From: Eledone cirrhosa | Lineage: Eukaryota | Direction: 5' to 3' | DNA: 64,000 nt | Assembly: GCA_964016885.1 (NCBI GenBank) | Contig: OZ024743.1 | Location: 304,234,001-304,298,000 of the forward strand | Position numbers and translations under genes: made by a program | The notes under the pieces: model-generated | The model's database searches: none | What the model saw: the letters and a program-made list of their open reading frames with translations, nothing else | What the model was told of the DNA's origin: nothing | Shown: piece after piece, positions 41,937 through 55,580 of the stretch | Layout: each line of letters starts with the position of its first letter | Position numbering within the stretch: position 1 is the stretch's first letter

Positions 41937-43469
41937 TATATATATATATATATATACAGTATATATAAGTATGTATACATGTATGTGTGTACAATCGTGT
42001 GTGTTTCCTCTTTATGCCTCTCAATGCGTACGCGCGTATGTGTAGATGGTTTTGAACTTGGTGTATCTATGTGTTGATATATGTAGAAAACCACTCCTGA
42101 TCATCATCAGGTTCCTACGTTTTCTTTATGCCTGTAATATATTTCTTTTCTCTATCATTTTCTGATACATATGTAGTCTACGTAAAAATAAGAACATTAC
42201 AAAGGCTTGTTGTCGCTGTTATTGCTGTTCTTGATGCTCTTTTTGTTGTAATCGTTGTTTTATTCCTTTTCATTTTTATTGCAGCTATTTCTACAGTTTT
42301 TATTTATCCATTTTATTTCTATGTTGTTTCATGCGTACATTTGTCAATATTCCGGTTTCTGTTTTCGTTGTATTATTATTTCTTTTCTTATTTGCTATTG
42401 CCTCTAATGCAGTTCTAGCACACGAACATACACCCATTGGAAACTATTAACATTTTCTGCCAATTAGCTCTCGTTCGCACACTCTCCATTTCTCTCTTAC
42501 TTTCGTTTGTTCCTCACTTGTTTATAGAATTCTATTTCATTTCTATTATTTTCTCTATCTTTAGTCTTCCCCTGCAATTATCTTGAAAAGTCTTCCTTGA
42601 TGGAAAGGAATAAAAAGTATTGAAGCGCCCAACCCTCCACTATAGCACAATGACTTTTAATATAACTGCCGCTCAGATAAATCCCACTCCCGGAGCGATC
42701 CATTATTCTGTCAAATCAGTCTTACTTTAAAGAAAACGTATGAGAATTTCGGGGGATAAAAAGTTATTAAAGAAATAAACTTACATGCATACAGAAGAAA
42801 AAAAAAATAAGAGAGTCACATGTGTAGATGATTTCAGCAAAAACATTTTTCTTGAAGTCTCACGCAATGGCATATTCTCATAGAATAATATTATTTTAAA
42901 ACCATACAGAAATAAAAATCGATAGTATTTCTAAAGAGGTTTCACTACTACTACGAAATTTACAAGCATTTGCTACTGCCACAAACAGGAAAACACCGAA
43001 AATCCTATTAATACCATTACTATTATTGCTGCTGTTGCTCCTATTGCATTCGCGGCTTTATTTATGGACAAGTTAGTAACTTCATGAACCATGGTAATTG
43101 TAGTGCTGAAGCTTCATTCTAATTTGCACAAAACAACACTTAGAGGAAATATAGACTGTTTCCCTTTCATGGTCACGAAACCTGTTTATTCTGAATTAAT
43201 TTCACGGAAATGACTGGTAGATATTCCAACAAAATAGAATAACTAAGACTTCGTAGGGTGTCGAACTAAGAAATATATTGAAGGTCGTGATAAGAGTGCA
43301 TACGCTAAATAATATGAAGGAATTCTTCACCATTTATGTGTTGACATACATGTCTTGAAATGAACTGTTATTACTATCCTTGAAATCGATCCTTATTATC
43401 ATTCGTATCGGTTTTGATTTGGCAGATATTATACCAACACTCTACCAAAAGAGCGAGCTATAGCCAATA

Positions 43470-44226
43470 ACTAATTGTTCTTTAAGCCATTCCATCTCCT
43501 TCAACTTTTCAAATATCCTTCTTAGAATTAATGCTGTTCCCAACAAGGCTGTTTTCTACAAGCCTGTCCTGATGGTAATTCCCAGCTTCTCAAGCCATGC
43601 ATCCAAGCTTCTTCTAACAGTTTCCAGTGCGCCAATCACAACCGGTATCACTTCTACGTGGATGATTGTCCACAGTTTCCTGATTTCTCTCTTCAGCTCC
43701 TGGAATTTCTCAACTTACTCACTTTCCTTCTCATTCATTCGCTGGTCCCATAGTAAAGCAATATCCACAGTATATCCTTTGATATTCTTTTTTTCTACGA
43801 CAATTTCAGGTTTTATAGACACGATAAAATGGTCGCACTGGATGGTAATGTACCAACAGATATTATGATGTTCATTTTCAGCCACCTCTTCCGGTTGGTG
43901 TTGACACCAATTCTCGTTACTGTTTATATAATACATATGACAGAGTTTCCAATAGACCTATCTGGCAATGTTGTTATGCCTTCTCTTGTACCTTTTCTGA
44001 GCAAGCATCTTACATTCACAAATAATGTGGTTTATTGTCTCACCTTTCTGACCACACCACTTACAAAGTGGGGAATTCACTGACTTGTCAATATTGGACT
44101 TGATATAGTTTATTCTCAGTGCCTATTCATGGGCTGTAAAAGTAACGTGCAGAGTTTCAACTTTTAAGTCACGTTTCCTAGCCCATTTCCAGTTCTTATC
44201 GTTATCAACTGTCACAGGCATTTCAC
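43470..44226 (-). mobile_element. RLE-encoding (R4/Dong-like) non-LTR retrotransposon 3' remnant
   Basis: Minus strand: CKWCGQKGETINHIICEC zinc knuckle, YKRRHN, KPEIVV..VDIA, YQELKREIRKLW, VIPVVIGAL, KTALLGTALILRR. Confidence 0.85.
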
Positions 44227-47200
44227 GTGGAGCGCAGAACGGTGCATTACAGATGCATCTCAGCAGAAAGCAACAGGGCAGCTTTAATTCCACAAGCATA
44301 TGTCGAAGTCACGCTGAAGTGCATCAGGGATGACACCGAATACATAGCGAGGGGCAGACAGTACGGCACCATTTCGGTGCTGTTTAAATCAGAAGCCCCC
44401 GCTATCAAACATGCTATGTAACTTTGCAAAACCAGCAATGTCACAATGTACTCCTCCCACATTGGAAAAAGAACAGCCCGTCTCCGCATTCCCAGAATCC
44501 CTCAAGGACATGATATGTGGTGGCTTCTGAGATGTGTGATTATGGAGGGGACGGATACCGTCCCGATAGAAGTAACAAGAACTGCCAGAGAGGACTGGTC
44601 CAGGGTTGACCTGTAGATACTTTTCTAGATCAGGCTGGAGAATGTCAAAACAATCCCGCATCGGACCACCACTGTCTTCAGAATGGGACGGTAATTCACA
44701 TTATGACTGAGGGGATAAGGCGGCATTGTTTCGTTTGTGGGAAAAAACCTATTTGCGAGCCATCTGCCCTCAACTGCTGAAAGATCCAAGTGGTCGAAGG
44801 GTTCCACTGCCGCCGACGCCGGGGAGAGGACCACAACCAACACTAGCACCGGCAAAACCACCTGCAACAACACCAATAGAAACACTACCAACAACATAGA
44901 TCACCCAGGGGGAAACGAGGAAAGTTGTGCAATTCCCCCTCCCCCCAAAAAATACACACATCAATAAAAACATAAACACACACAGAGACACACTTACAGA
45001 CGCACCTATCATCTACCAGTAGTGAAAATGATGGGGAAACCCAAATCCCCCAAAATACAAAAGAGGAAATATAAAGAGAAAAAAACTCAACAAAGCACAA
45101 AAACACCCACAATAATATTACAGACACCACCCACGCAAACATCACCCCAACAACACCAACATCAACACCACCATCACCATCACCAGAGTCCCCCAAACGC
45201 AAACACCCTAAACAGACGGAAGAACAAATACGAACACAAACACTGAAACCACAGACCCTGCCCTCACAACAAACACAGACACAACCGAAACAAAACCATC
45301 AAAACCATCACCACCACAACCACGGAAACAAATAAAATCACACCATTAAAACATACATATCTTTGTGCTTGTGAGAAGGGCCAACAAGGAACTGATGGCC
45401 CTCGTAGCATGAAGTAAAGAAATACAAAAAGAGGGGTGATATTTAAATCGAGCACATTTCGCGTGCCGGAAGATTTGTTTCTGGTGCGAATGTTACTCGA
45501 TTTATACAAAGAGATACGAGACAGGTTTCCTCGGGACGTGGGATCCCCGAGCGTAAAACCCACTTCAAGACATTTAAAGGGGTTCCCAAAAGAAATCCCA
45601 CCAACTATGGAGGTCGACATACCCTACCTTCACAAGAGCCCGGAAGGTAAGTAAACCTTTCCTATCTCTTTTAGCCTGCCAACATGACGGTATTAAGAGT
45701 AGGAAGTTTAAATGTTCGAGGCCTGATATCGTCCTGGAAGTAGGGTCACCTGCTCAACGACCTCAGGTCTCTAAAAATGGATGTAATTGCCGTCAGCGAG
45801 ACCAGAAATTCCGACACGCGCCCACTAGCCCCCATTTTCTACGACTATCAGATCTTTGCATCTGTTAGTCGGCCAGGAATGGGATGTGGGGTAGCAGTGG
45901 TGTTTAGGAAAGGCCTGGATCTCGAGGTAAGGTCGATCTTCCGGGACCTGGACGGTAAGTTGGTGGTCCTGCACGTGAGCAATAGCGAAGTGGGACTTTT
46001 AGACTGGTGGCTGTCTATGCCCCCACTTGGACAGGGCGGCCGGACTTCTTTAGACGCCTGGAAATCTTTCTGGGTACGTCTCGCCTATTACTGTTAGCGC
46101 ACGCTGGGACTGTGTGTGAGTATCTGATAGAAGCGGGGGTGCAAAAGCCTCAAGTACCTGTTTAGCTAGTTCCAGGTACCGACTACATTTCCCTAACGCG
46201 CCAGTGTGGACCTGGACAAATTGTTTAGGGACATATACATCGTACTTAGATAGGTTTCTAATTAGATTAGTGGACAAGGATAGTATAGGGTGTCCACAAT
46301 TATATATGGTCGCCTATTCAGATCACAAGTTTGTGATCCTTATGGTCGATCTAAATGAGACGCGTAGGTTAGGACCTGGTTACTGGAAGCTGAACATGTC
46401 ATTTCCGGCACGAAAGGCTTACAGGGACCGGGTCAACAATTTAGTTAAGAAAAAGGTTGACAGCGGAAGTCGTCAACAATAGATGGTGGGGGCACTCAAA
46501 AGACAGATTAGAGTAATCTGGATAGGGTTTAGCAAAGAAGTAGCGTTAGAGAAAAATAGAAAGGAGTGGGAGCTGGTAGAGAAGTTAGACGAGGCTATTT
46601 GTAGTGGCATTGCAACTGATGTGCTAGAGGCGAGAATGGCATTAGATAATTTCTTCAATGTGAAACAGGAAGGTTGCATTGTCAGAGCTAAGGCGTGTGC
46701 TCTGAGAAACGAGGGAATCAAAGCTGTTCGGTGGGCCCGAGTGGTAGAGGCGCAGGGTGGTAATAAAACAACGATTCGGTCTTTGACTAACCGAGATGGA
46801 CACGAGATCAGCGACTCCAAGCGGATGTGTGAGGCCTTTCGCCAACATTTTGCTCAGTTTTACGGGGGAAATGGAGGGTCAGATACGGTGGCGGACTTCA
46901 GTCCCAACCTCGATGCCTTGCCACAACTCTCGACGGCCGACGCTGAGCTCTGCGAAAGGCCGATTACTTCAGCCAAGATTCAGGATGCCCTTGTTGGCTG
47001 CATGAGACATACGCCACCCGGTTTGGATGGTCTACCCTACGAGCTTTACGTAAAAATACCAGTCTTGTTTTCCGAACTCCTCGAAGCGCTCTACTGCAAC
47101 TGGCAGCAGAACGGGAGTATTCCCACTTCTGTGAGCCGACGCTGATGAGGAAAGACGAGAACAAGAAGGACACATTAGACAATTTCAGGCCCATTACTCT

Positions 47201-49352
47201 GCTCAACAGAGAGTTTAATATTTTGGCCAAGGTTTTAACGAAGAGGTTGGCGCTTGTCGTCGAGGATTTTTTGGGGGAGGCGCAACTTGCGCAATCCCGA
47301 CCAGGTTCATACACTGTAACCTCCACCTTAGGCGATACATCATAGAGAGTGTAGGGTGTAAACCTGGCTTCGGTGGGGCTCTTATCAATTTAGATCAATC
47401 GAAAGCATTCGATAGGGTCGCCCATCGGTACCTGGAGGCTGTCCTCAAGGCGGCTGGCTTCGGCCCCGTTTTCAGAAGCTGGATCGCTGCAATGCACAGC
47501 GGCACCTGCTGGTTTGTCAAAATTAATGGCCACCTCTCGGAACCCTTTCTGGTCTCCCGATCGGTCCGTCAATGGTGCCCTCTCTCCTCCCTTTTGTACG
47601 TATTGACTCTCGAGCCTTTACTGCGGAAGCTGGAGCTGTTGCAGAGCATCCCACTCAAACCAGGACGCGAAAAGGCTGTGTCGGTTATGCGGACGACATC
47701 ACAGTGATGGTGGCGGACAGCTCAGAAATCGAGGTGGTCGGCAACTTATTGGAGGAATATGAAAGTTTGACGGGAGCAAAACTTAACCCGGAAAAGTCGG
47801 GGGGCTTGCAACTCGGAACCTGGAAAGGTAAGTCCATGCTGTCCAACAGCGTCGTTAGGCGCTGGACGGACGGACCGGTAAAGTTGCTCGAGGTTTTGTT
47901 GGGGCCTGACCTCCAGGTGAATAAGAATTGGGACGAGGTGACGGGCAGGGTAGCCAGTCTCACCCGGAAATCGGCTGCGAGGAACTATCACTGAAACGTC
48001 AGGAGGAGGTGGCGAACGCGTACATCGCCTCCGTCATCTACTACTTCCTGGCCGTCGTCCATTTCCACCGTTCGCGCCTCGCCAACTTGGAACGGCACCT
48101 CTTCAAATTCTGGTGGAGGGGACAGTTTCCGTTTGAGAGGCGGTCCATCTGCTGCCAGCATCCTCTACGTGGGGGGTTGGGAATGCCGTGGTTAATTTAG
48201 CGCAGACATGTGCTGGGGCTGTGGCATCTCCAGATATTCTGCCTAAACGGTGAACAGGTGTGGTCACAGTTTTTTAGACGGGCCTTTCCGCAGCTCGTTT
48301 CCTTCACTGAGCTGCAATCCTGGGTCAGAGACGAGTCCTAAACTGGCTGACTGGCATCTGAAATGTTGCCAGGAATTCACTGTCCTCTATCAGGCGGTCA
48401 ATCCGGTCATGGAACTTCCGCTCTCGAGATCTATAGAGGATTACTGGTTGGCATGTGCGGTGATGCACTGGGAGAGGCTCTGGGGTCGACGAGGTCGAAC
48501 TAACCAGTCTGATCCGGAGGACTTTCGAGCCGGGGACGATGGATAATTTCCAAAAGTCCCTCGCTTGGCAGTGTTACAGGGAGGCACTTCCGTTTCGATA
48601 TAAACTCTACAGGCACGGAAGTGATGTCAGACGGACCTGCCGGAGATATGCGCAGAGCGACGAAACCGTTCTGAACGCACTTGTACAGTGTCCGTGCATT
48701 ACTGACTTGTGGAGTTATGTCAAACAGCTGTTGTCGCGTGTAGAACGGATCCGGCTATTGGCCGAGTCCATAGTGAAGATCGACCCACCGCCTTTTTTTG
48801 GCCAGGAAGGGCAGGCAATGTTCCTTTCTCTGGTGGCTGTAGCGAAAGAGGTTGTATGGTGGACGAGGTTGAAAGGACTGAAGAAAGACACTTTTCTCTT
48901 CGGCCAATCCCTCATCAACATTTTCAAGTTTCACTTGGAAAGGAAAGTGAGGGTGGAAAGAGAAGTGCTGCCCATAGGACATTTGCTGAAAGATGGGTGA
49001 AAGAACATTTGCTGAAAGAACGTGTGAGTGGGCCAACTCTGATCATGCGCCTGTAGGTAGATGAATTTGAGGAGCAGAGGGGTGCCCTTCCCGGGTACTA
49101 TCTAAGCGTCGGGTCGTCCAGGATTGGTGGGGTACCTGAGTGAATCCTGGGTGGTCATCCCCCCTATTGTGGAATTGTCCTTGTATTTTTATCGTTATTT
49201 TGTTATTGTTACTTATGATGTTTACACGTTAGATATATGTAAACCCCCACTGTTCCAGTCTTTTGTATTGTCCCCTATACGTCGGCCCTTGGGGCCAATA
49301 ATGAAACTATTATTATTTTTACTATATTAATATTATTATTATTATTATTATT
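44227..49352 (+). mobile_element. Tx1/L1-clade LINE, copy 1 (5'-truncated ORF1 plus ORF2, (ATT)n tail)
   Basis: ORF1 remnant with CFVCGKK knuckle and T/N/Q-rich low complexity. ORF2 has APE, RT and zinc finger. Ends in ggccaataatgaaac(TAT)n. Confidence 0.92.
45684..49056 (+). pseudogene. LINE ORF2 (APE-RT-zf), disrupted
   Basis: GSLNVRGL, AVSET, YLDRF, SDH, GPGYWKLN, PGLDGLPYE, NFRPITLLN, DQSKAFDRV, VRQWCPLS, YADD, GGLGMP. Confidence 0.92.
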
Positions 49353-49548
49353 GGTCTGGTCGGAAATCTTTTTTGCACGCTCCCAGTAAGTCGCTTTATT
49401 TACCTGTTAAATTATTTGTTGTTAAATGTTTCTTGTTGCGTAAGGGAAATAAGCCCTTGGACTTTGCCCTGTGAAGGGAAAAGTATAATATTTGTGCCAT
49501 TTTGCACAAATATTTGAACAATATTTGAACAAAAAAAAAATAAATTAC

Positions 49549-51491
49549 ATGGCTGGGCCACAGCCCCCAGCAATATGTCTGCTGTCGTGTGACAACGACG
49601 TAAAAGTTGAGAGGAGGGTTAGTGAAATTCATGCAACAAACACCACCACAAACAACGTGAACAAAGACAACACAGAACACTAATTTAAAAAGAAATTACC
49701 ACACCAACTACAACAATAACAGCGTCAACCAAAATACAGACAACAGAAAAAGATGACAACACATGCAACAACGATATTAACACCACAAACAAGAAAATAA
49801 ACAACGACAACACCAACAGCAACAATACAAATTGCACTGAAAACAACAACAACGGTGGCACCAAAAACAACCAACTACAACATTGAAAACAGCAACAACA
49901 CCGTTTGTAGCAGTAGCAACAGCACCAGCACCAAAAACTAGACCAGTAGCATCAGTAGCGGTGCCGTTAAAAAGGGGCCAGTTCTTTCGCAGGTGTGGCC
50001 CGAAATATAGAGACAGTTCTAGTCACAGAGGAGGAGATGGCAGTTGCAAGAGGCATGGTGACAAGGAATGAAGATAGAGTTTCCCTGAAACCTCCACCCG
50101 ATTTCTTCAAAGACCAGCAGCTGCGCACGGTGATTTACGCACCGTAAGCAAATGTCACATCGGGTGGAGAGATCCACGGAGGTTCAAATCCAAAAGGCCT
50201 TGTCGGGGTGCGTCTGGGCGCGCAAAACAACACATCACCTGAGGCAAAATGTACGCCACAGTAGATGTACTTTTCGCCTCCCCCAAAAGCCGAAGTCTCA
50301 CTCTTTCGAGACCCTAAAGAGTAAGGAGTTACTCTTTGTGCCCTCCTACTGCGGGCAGAAAATTGTGATGGTCAAAGTGACCCAGGCCCCGCCAGACGTG
50401 GCCATACCTTAGCTGGCCGCGTCTGTACAGGCTCGAATCGAGCAGAAGACCACCATACTGCGAATACAGAGAATGAGAAGAGAGAACTGGTCAGGAATAG
50501 GCATGCACATGTGACCGGGAGTGCATCGAGGCCATCCGAGATATCATAGACCTCGAAGAAGGACTCCAGCTTCCTATAAGAGTGGAGGAAAGGCGCCCAA
50601 AGTGCTATCTCTGTGGGCAGAAGGGTCACCGCAGGGCCTTTCTGCCCACAGAAGACAGCCAAGAAGACTGCCCATCTCCTTTGGACGCCTGATTCGCTGC
50701 TACCAAGAGCAGGGCAGGCAACAGAGGCAGAAGACACATCCATGGTGAATAGGAGGGCAACGTCCCTGTCACCCATACCAAGGCCACGGACAACTAAAAG
50801 AGTGGCAGCAGCAGTGGCGGCAACACCAACAATCGCAGTAGCTACACTACCATCACCAACAACAATGGAGATCATAACCCTCCCAGACGCCACGGAATCC
50901 GATATGGAGTATGAAGCGGGAGGGATGTGGCGAACGGTCTGCAACAAAAAAAAACAAAAAATGAAAAACCCCTTAGCTCCACCCTCCAAAAGTAAAGGCA
51001 AACGAAGAGGGGTAGAGGCTGCAAGGAGACTTGCAGCAACACCACCACCATCACCACCACAAGCATCACCACCACCAACAACCGCACCGCCACCAGCATC
51101 ACCAAAATCACTAACATCGCAAACACAACAGAATACACACCCAACAGCAAGAAGAAGAAAACATCAACAAAATCAAACCTCCTCCCAAAAGATTACACAG
51201 CCATAAACATGGCAAGTAAAGAACTCTTACAACATATAAAGCAGCACACAGACATCACAGAACAAAAAACTACTACACCCACCAACACCAAGAACTCTCC
51301 CGACAAACATAAGCATCATTGAAATTAAAATAGAACAGTACAAACTTTTAATACAAAAATTACCCAACACAGTTGGAGACTGTAGAGGGTTGGTTACCAA
51401 GAGGATATACACCGACATGCTCTTGGAAACACCCATGACCAGGCAAAGGGACGGATCTACTGTCCCTTCACCACACGATCGAGGTAAGTAA
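49549..51491 (+). pseudogene. LINE ORF1 (gag-like, CCHC knuckle), disrupted
   Basis: CYLCGQKGHRRAFCP (CX2CX4HX4C) at about 50606-50647, with T/N/P-rich low-complexity flanks. Confidence 0.7.
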
Positions 51492-51523
51492 TCCTTTCTC
51501 ACTTACCCCGTTTCTCATCCAAC

Positions 51524-54500
51524 ATGGCCGTACTTAGAATAGGCAGTATAAATGTACGTGGCCTGAGGACATGTTGGAAGCAGGGTCACCTGCTCAACGA
51601 CCTCATGTCAATAAACATAGGTGTGGTGGCCATCAGCGAGAACAGAATCTCCGAAGCACGAGCCTTGGCACCGATCTTCGACGGCTACGATGTATACGCA
51701 TCGCCCAGCCATCCAGGATCGGCGGGAGGGTTTGTCGCACTGTATCGAAGAGGCTTGGATCTCGCCATACGGGCCATCTTCCTGGACCCAGAAGGTAAGA
51801 CGGTGGTGCTGGACGTGACCGGCAGCGAAGGCAATACTTTCAGGCTAGTAGTCGTCTACACCCCAACAGGGGCAGGACGATAAAATTTCTTCAGACGTCT
51901 AGAGCCCTTTTTTGGAACGTCCTACTCTTTAGTGTTAGTGGGCGACTGGAAAGGTATCTTAGATGCACGCTGTGGTGCTAGTAGACAGGGGAGGAGGGTG
52001 TAAAAGCCTCAAAAACCTGCTCAGACGTTTTGAAGTGTCTGACAGGTATAGACTTGATTATCCGAATGTGACAATGTGTACATGGGCAAACCGCATCGGG
52101 TCATCCAGATCGTATTAGGATAGGGTATTCTGTAGGAAACAGATAAGGCTAGTGTAGGCTGTCCACAATTTAAAGTAGTCGACTACACGGACCATAAATT
52201 TGTGATCTGTGAAGTTGACTTAGATAGACTCCATACGCATAGGCCCAGCTACCGGAATTCGTCGTTCCCATCGTGTTAAGCTTAAGAGGGCGGATTAGCG
52301 AATTACATAAGCGTGCGTTGACGGGTGCGATCGTCAACAACAGTGGTGGTTTACCATGAAAAGGGCTATTATAGTAAAATCGATAAGGTTTAGCAAAGGA
52401 GTAGTGATAGAGGAAAATAGAGTAGAAGGAGAGTTAGATAGAAAGCTAGAAGAGGCGTTTAGGACAGGCATCGTAATCCGACGTGATTGTGGCGAGATTG
52501 ACACTCGACCAATTCTTCAACGCAAAGCATGAATGGTGCGTTGTCAGAGCTAGACCGCGTGCTCTAAGACACGAGGGAACAAAAGCCTTTCAATAGGCCC
52601 GAGTGGTGGTGGCGCGAAGTGGCAACAAAGACACGATTCCGTCTTTGCCTGATCAAAACGGGAGCATGTTGCTCGAACCCGAGCAGATGTGTGCGGCTCT
52701 CGTTGACCGCAGCGCAGTACTGCGAAAAGCCGATAACAGCAGGTGAAATACGGGAAGCGTTGTCTGACTGCACGAGTGGTAAATCGGCAGGTTTGAATGG
52801 TCTGCCCCACGAGCTTCATGCGTATATGCTGCAACTGGCAGCAGAATGGGAGCATTCCCATCTTTGTGAGCCGGGGATCGGTGGCTCTCCTGAGAAAAGA
52901 CCCGAACAAAGGGGACGTTATAGACAACTTCAGGCCCATAACTCTGCTAAACGCAGAGATTAAGAATTTGGCCAAGGTGTTAGCAAAGAGATTGGCGCTT
53001 GTCGTCAGTGAACTTGTGGGAGAGGCACAGATATGGGCCATTCCGGACAGATCCATCCACGACAACCTTCATCCCATGCGATACATCATAGAGATGGTGG
53101 TTAAGGAACCTGGCACGGGTGGGTCCCTGGTCAACATGGATCAATCTAAAGCATTTGATAGGGTCCACCATCGGTACCTGGCCGCGGTCGTCGAGGCGGA
53201 CGGCTTCGGGCCGGTTTTTAGGGGATGGATCGCTGAGATGCAAAGCGACATCTGCTCGATTGTAAGGGTGAATGGTCACCTGTCGCAGCCTTTCAGCATC
53301 AAATGCTCGGCCCGCCAGTCCCCCCCCCCTCGTCTCTCTTGCCCCTAGAGATGTCACTGCACAAATTGGAGACAATGAGGGGTGTCCCACGTGAACCGGA
53401 TACGGGAGATATGTGTCAATTTACGCCAACGCTGTCACCGAGGTAATGTCGAGCATCAAACACATCCAGATGCACCAAACACATCCACCGCTCTCAGGGA
53501 ATACGAAGCGGTGACGGAAACAAAGATAAACCAGGAAAAGTCGGTGGGCTTGCAACTCGGCACCTGGAGAGGCAAGTCCATGCCGTCTGACAGCGTCGTG
53601 AGGCGCTGGACGGAATGACCGGTTAAATTGCTCGGCGTCTGGTTCGGTCCGGACCTCCAGATGGAGAAAAACTGGAGCGAGGTAACGAGCAGGTTGGCCT
53701 CTCATCCAGAAATGGGCCGAGAGGAAGCTGTCTCTGAAAGGGCGGGTGGAGGTGGCGAATGGGTACCTAGCCTCCGTCACCTGCTACCGCCTCACCATCG
53801 TACCTTGACCCCGCCCAACTCTTACAAAAATGGAGCGCCTTCTCTTCCCCTTTTTGTAGAAGGGACGTGCTCCCATGGTCAGACGATCCATTTGCTGTCA
53901 AGACCCGTTGCGTGGAGGACTAGGCATGCGGTGGCTGAGGCTGCGACATATCTGGTGATTCCTTGACGGTGAACAGGTGTGGTCGGCGTTTGCCAGACGC
54001 GCTTTTACCCAGCTCGTCTCCTTGGCGGAGCGGCAGACCTGGATCAGGAAAAGACCGAGGGATAGCGCTTGGAAGCTGGAATGTCTTCAAGTGCCCACCG
54101 CCCTCTACCAGCTCGGCAATAGGATCGGTGGAATATCCACCTCGGCGTTCTATAGAGGGCTAGAGGAGGGAAAAGCGACGTGGTTCTCGGGGAGACCGTG
54201 GGCGTCGAAGACGATCAGCTGTTCGCTCTCTTCAAGAGAACTTTCAGACCGGGCCTATGGAGAACTTCCAGGAATCCCTGGCCTGGCAGAGCTACGGGGA
54301 AGGGTTGTCGGTTCGGGATAAGCTCTACAGGCACGGAGGTGATGTTAGCCGAGCCTGTCCGAGATCCGCGTAGGGCGTTGAAACCGCTCTGCACGCACTC
54401 GTTCAGTGCCCGAGGATTGCTGACTTGTAGCTATGTCGAACAGCTGCTGTTGCGTGTAATACCGATCCGGTTATCGACTGAGTCCATTGTGCAGATAGCC

Positions 54501-54772
54501 TCGCCATCCTCCTTTAAAGAGGAGGAAGGGCGGGCAGTTTTCGTCTACCTGGTGGCCATGGCGAAATAGATTGTGTGGTGGACAAGGTTGAAAGGGTTGA
54601 AGACGGACACTTTCCTCTCCGGCCAATCCTTGATTAACTTTTTCAAGTTTCACTTGAAGACGAACATCAGGGTGGCGAGGCAAGTCCTGTCTTCTAGTAA
54701 GTTTGTTGAAAGGTGGGTGAAACGGCGAGTCTGGTCTGAGTGAACGGGCCCGCTCTGAAAATGCGTCTGTAA
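51524..54772 (+). pseudogene. LINE ORF2 (APE-RT-zf), disrupted
   Basis: MAVLRIGSINVRGL, AISEN, VYTP, GDW, NFRPITLLN, DQSKAFDRV. Colinear with 45684-49056. Confidence 0.92.
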
Positions 54773-55074
54773 GCTGACGAGTGGAAAAAGTGAGAGAGGG
54801 CGCTTGCCCTGGTGGTCAGGATGGCCGTGGTATTTTGTGTGGTTGTCACCACGAGTGACCCTCGGAGGTTTCCCTCTTCTTGAGGAATTTTTGTTGTCTG
54901 AATTTTGTTTTATTTCTAGCCCGATTTTGTTATAACCTGTTTATACAACCAAAACCCACTTTGTATCGTCCTGTACTGTTCTGTTAGCCCTTGTGGCCAA
55001 TAAAGAAACCATTATTATTATATTATTATTGGCGACCTATGTAGGAAATCGTATTATCGTGAGCTCCGCAAAGG

Positions 55075-55580
55075 TTTGTATCCTGAAATCCCATAGCACA
55101 TTCACTTGATCATTTTCTATCACCGACTCTGGCTTTTTGCTCATACCACTTCTCAGAATGTGGTAAATTGTTTACTTTGCCAGTGAATCACCCTGCCTAT
55201 CACATCATGTCTGCAGACTTTTTAGTTAGTGTAGGCTAAGTGTTTACAATCGGATACGATGTGAGCCACAGTCTCCTCTCTCTCTTCACAAATCCTGCAC
55301 AGTGAGCTAGCCTCCTCCTTGTCAATATGATGTTTCACCCATTTCGTTTTGAGGGCTAGTTCTTGTGCAGCCATTAGCATTCCTTCTGTAGCTTTTTGAA
55401 GGTCACCTTTTTTTAACCAGTTCCATGTCTGTGTATCTCCGAATTGCGTTTTAGGGATGTTTTATGAAGGTCGGCCTTCCTCCTTGCTGTTATTTCCGCC
55501 TTGGACATCCCCTGGTCTATTGTCTTCTCCTTCAGTACAACTTTGAGCATTGGCTCCCTACTGTCAGACACATTCTCCAA
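55075..55580 (-). mobile_element. Second RLE (R4-like) LINE remnant
   Basis: Minus strand: TWNWLKKGDLQKATEGMLMAAQELAL, CRICEEREETVAHIVSDC, RHD, VLWDFRIQT. Confidence 0.82.

Larger units (their letters stand above)
49353..55030 (+). mobile_element. Tx1/L1-clade LINE, copy 2 (apparently full-length, decayed)
   Basis: 5' UTR, ORF1 remnant, ORF2, AATAAA 54999-55004 and (ATT)n tail. Confidence 0.92.

Noticed and set aside
44389-54683. Numerous antisense and alternative-frame ORFs in the GC-richer block
   Set aside because: They are shadow ORFs of the decayed LINE coding sequence.
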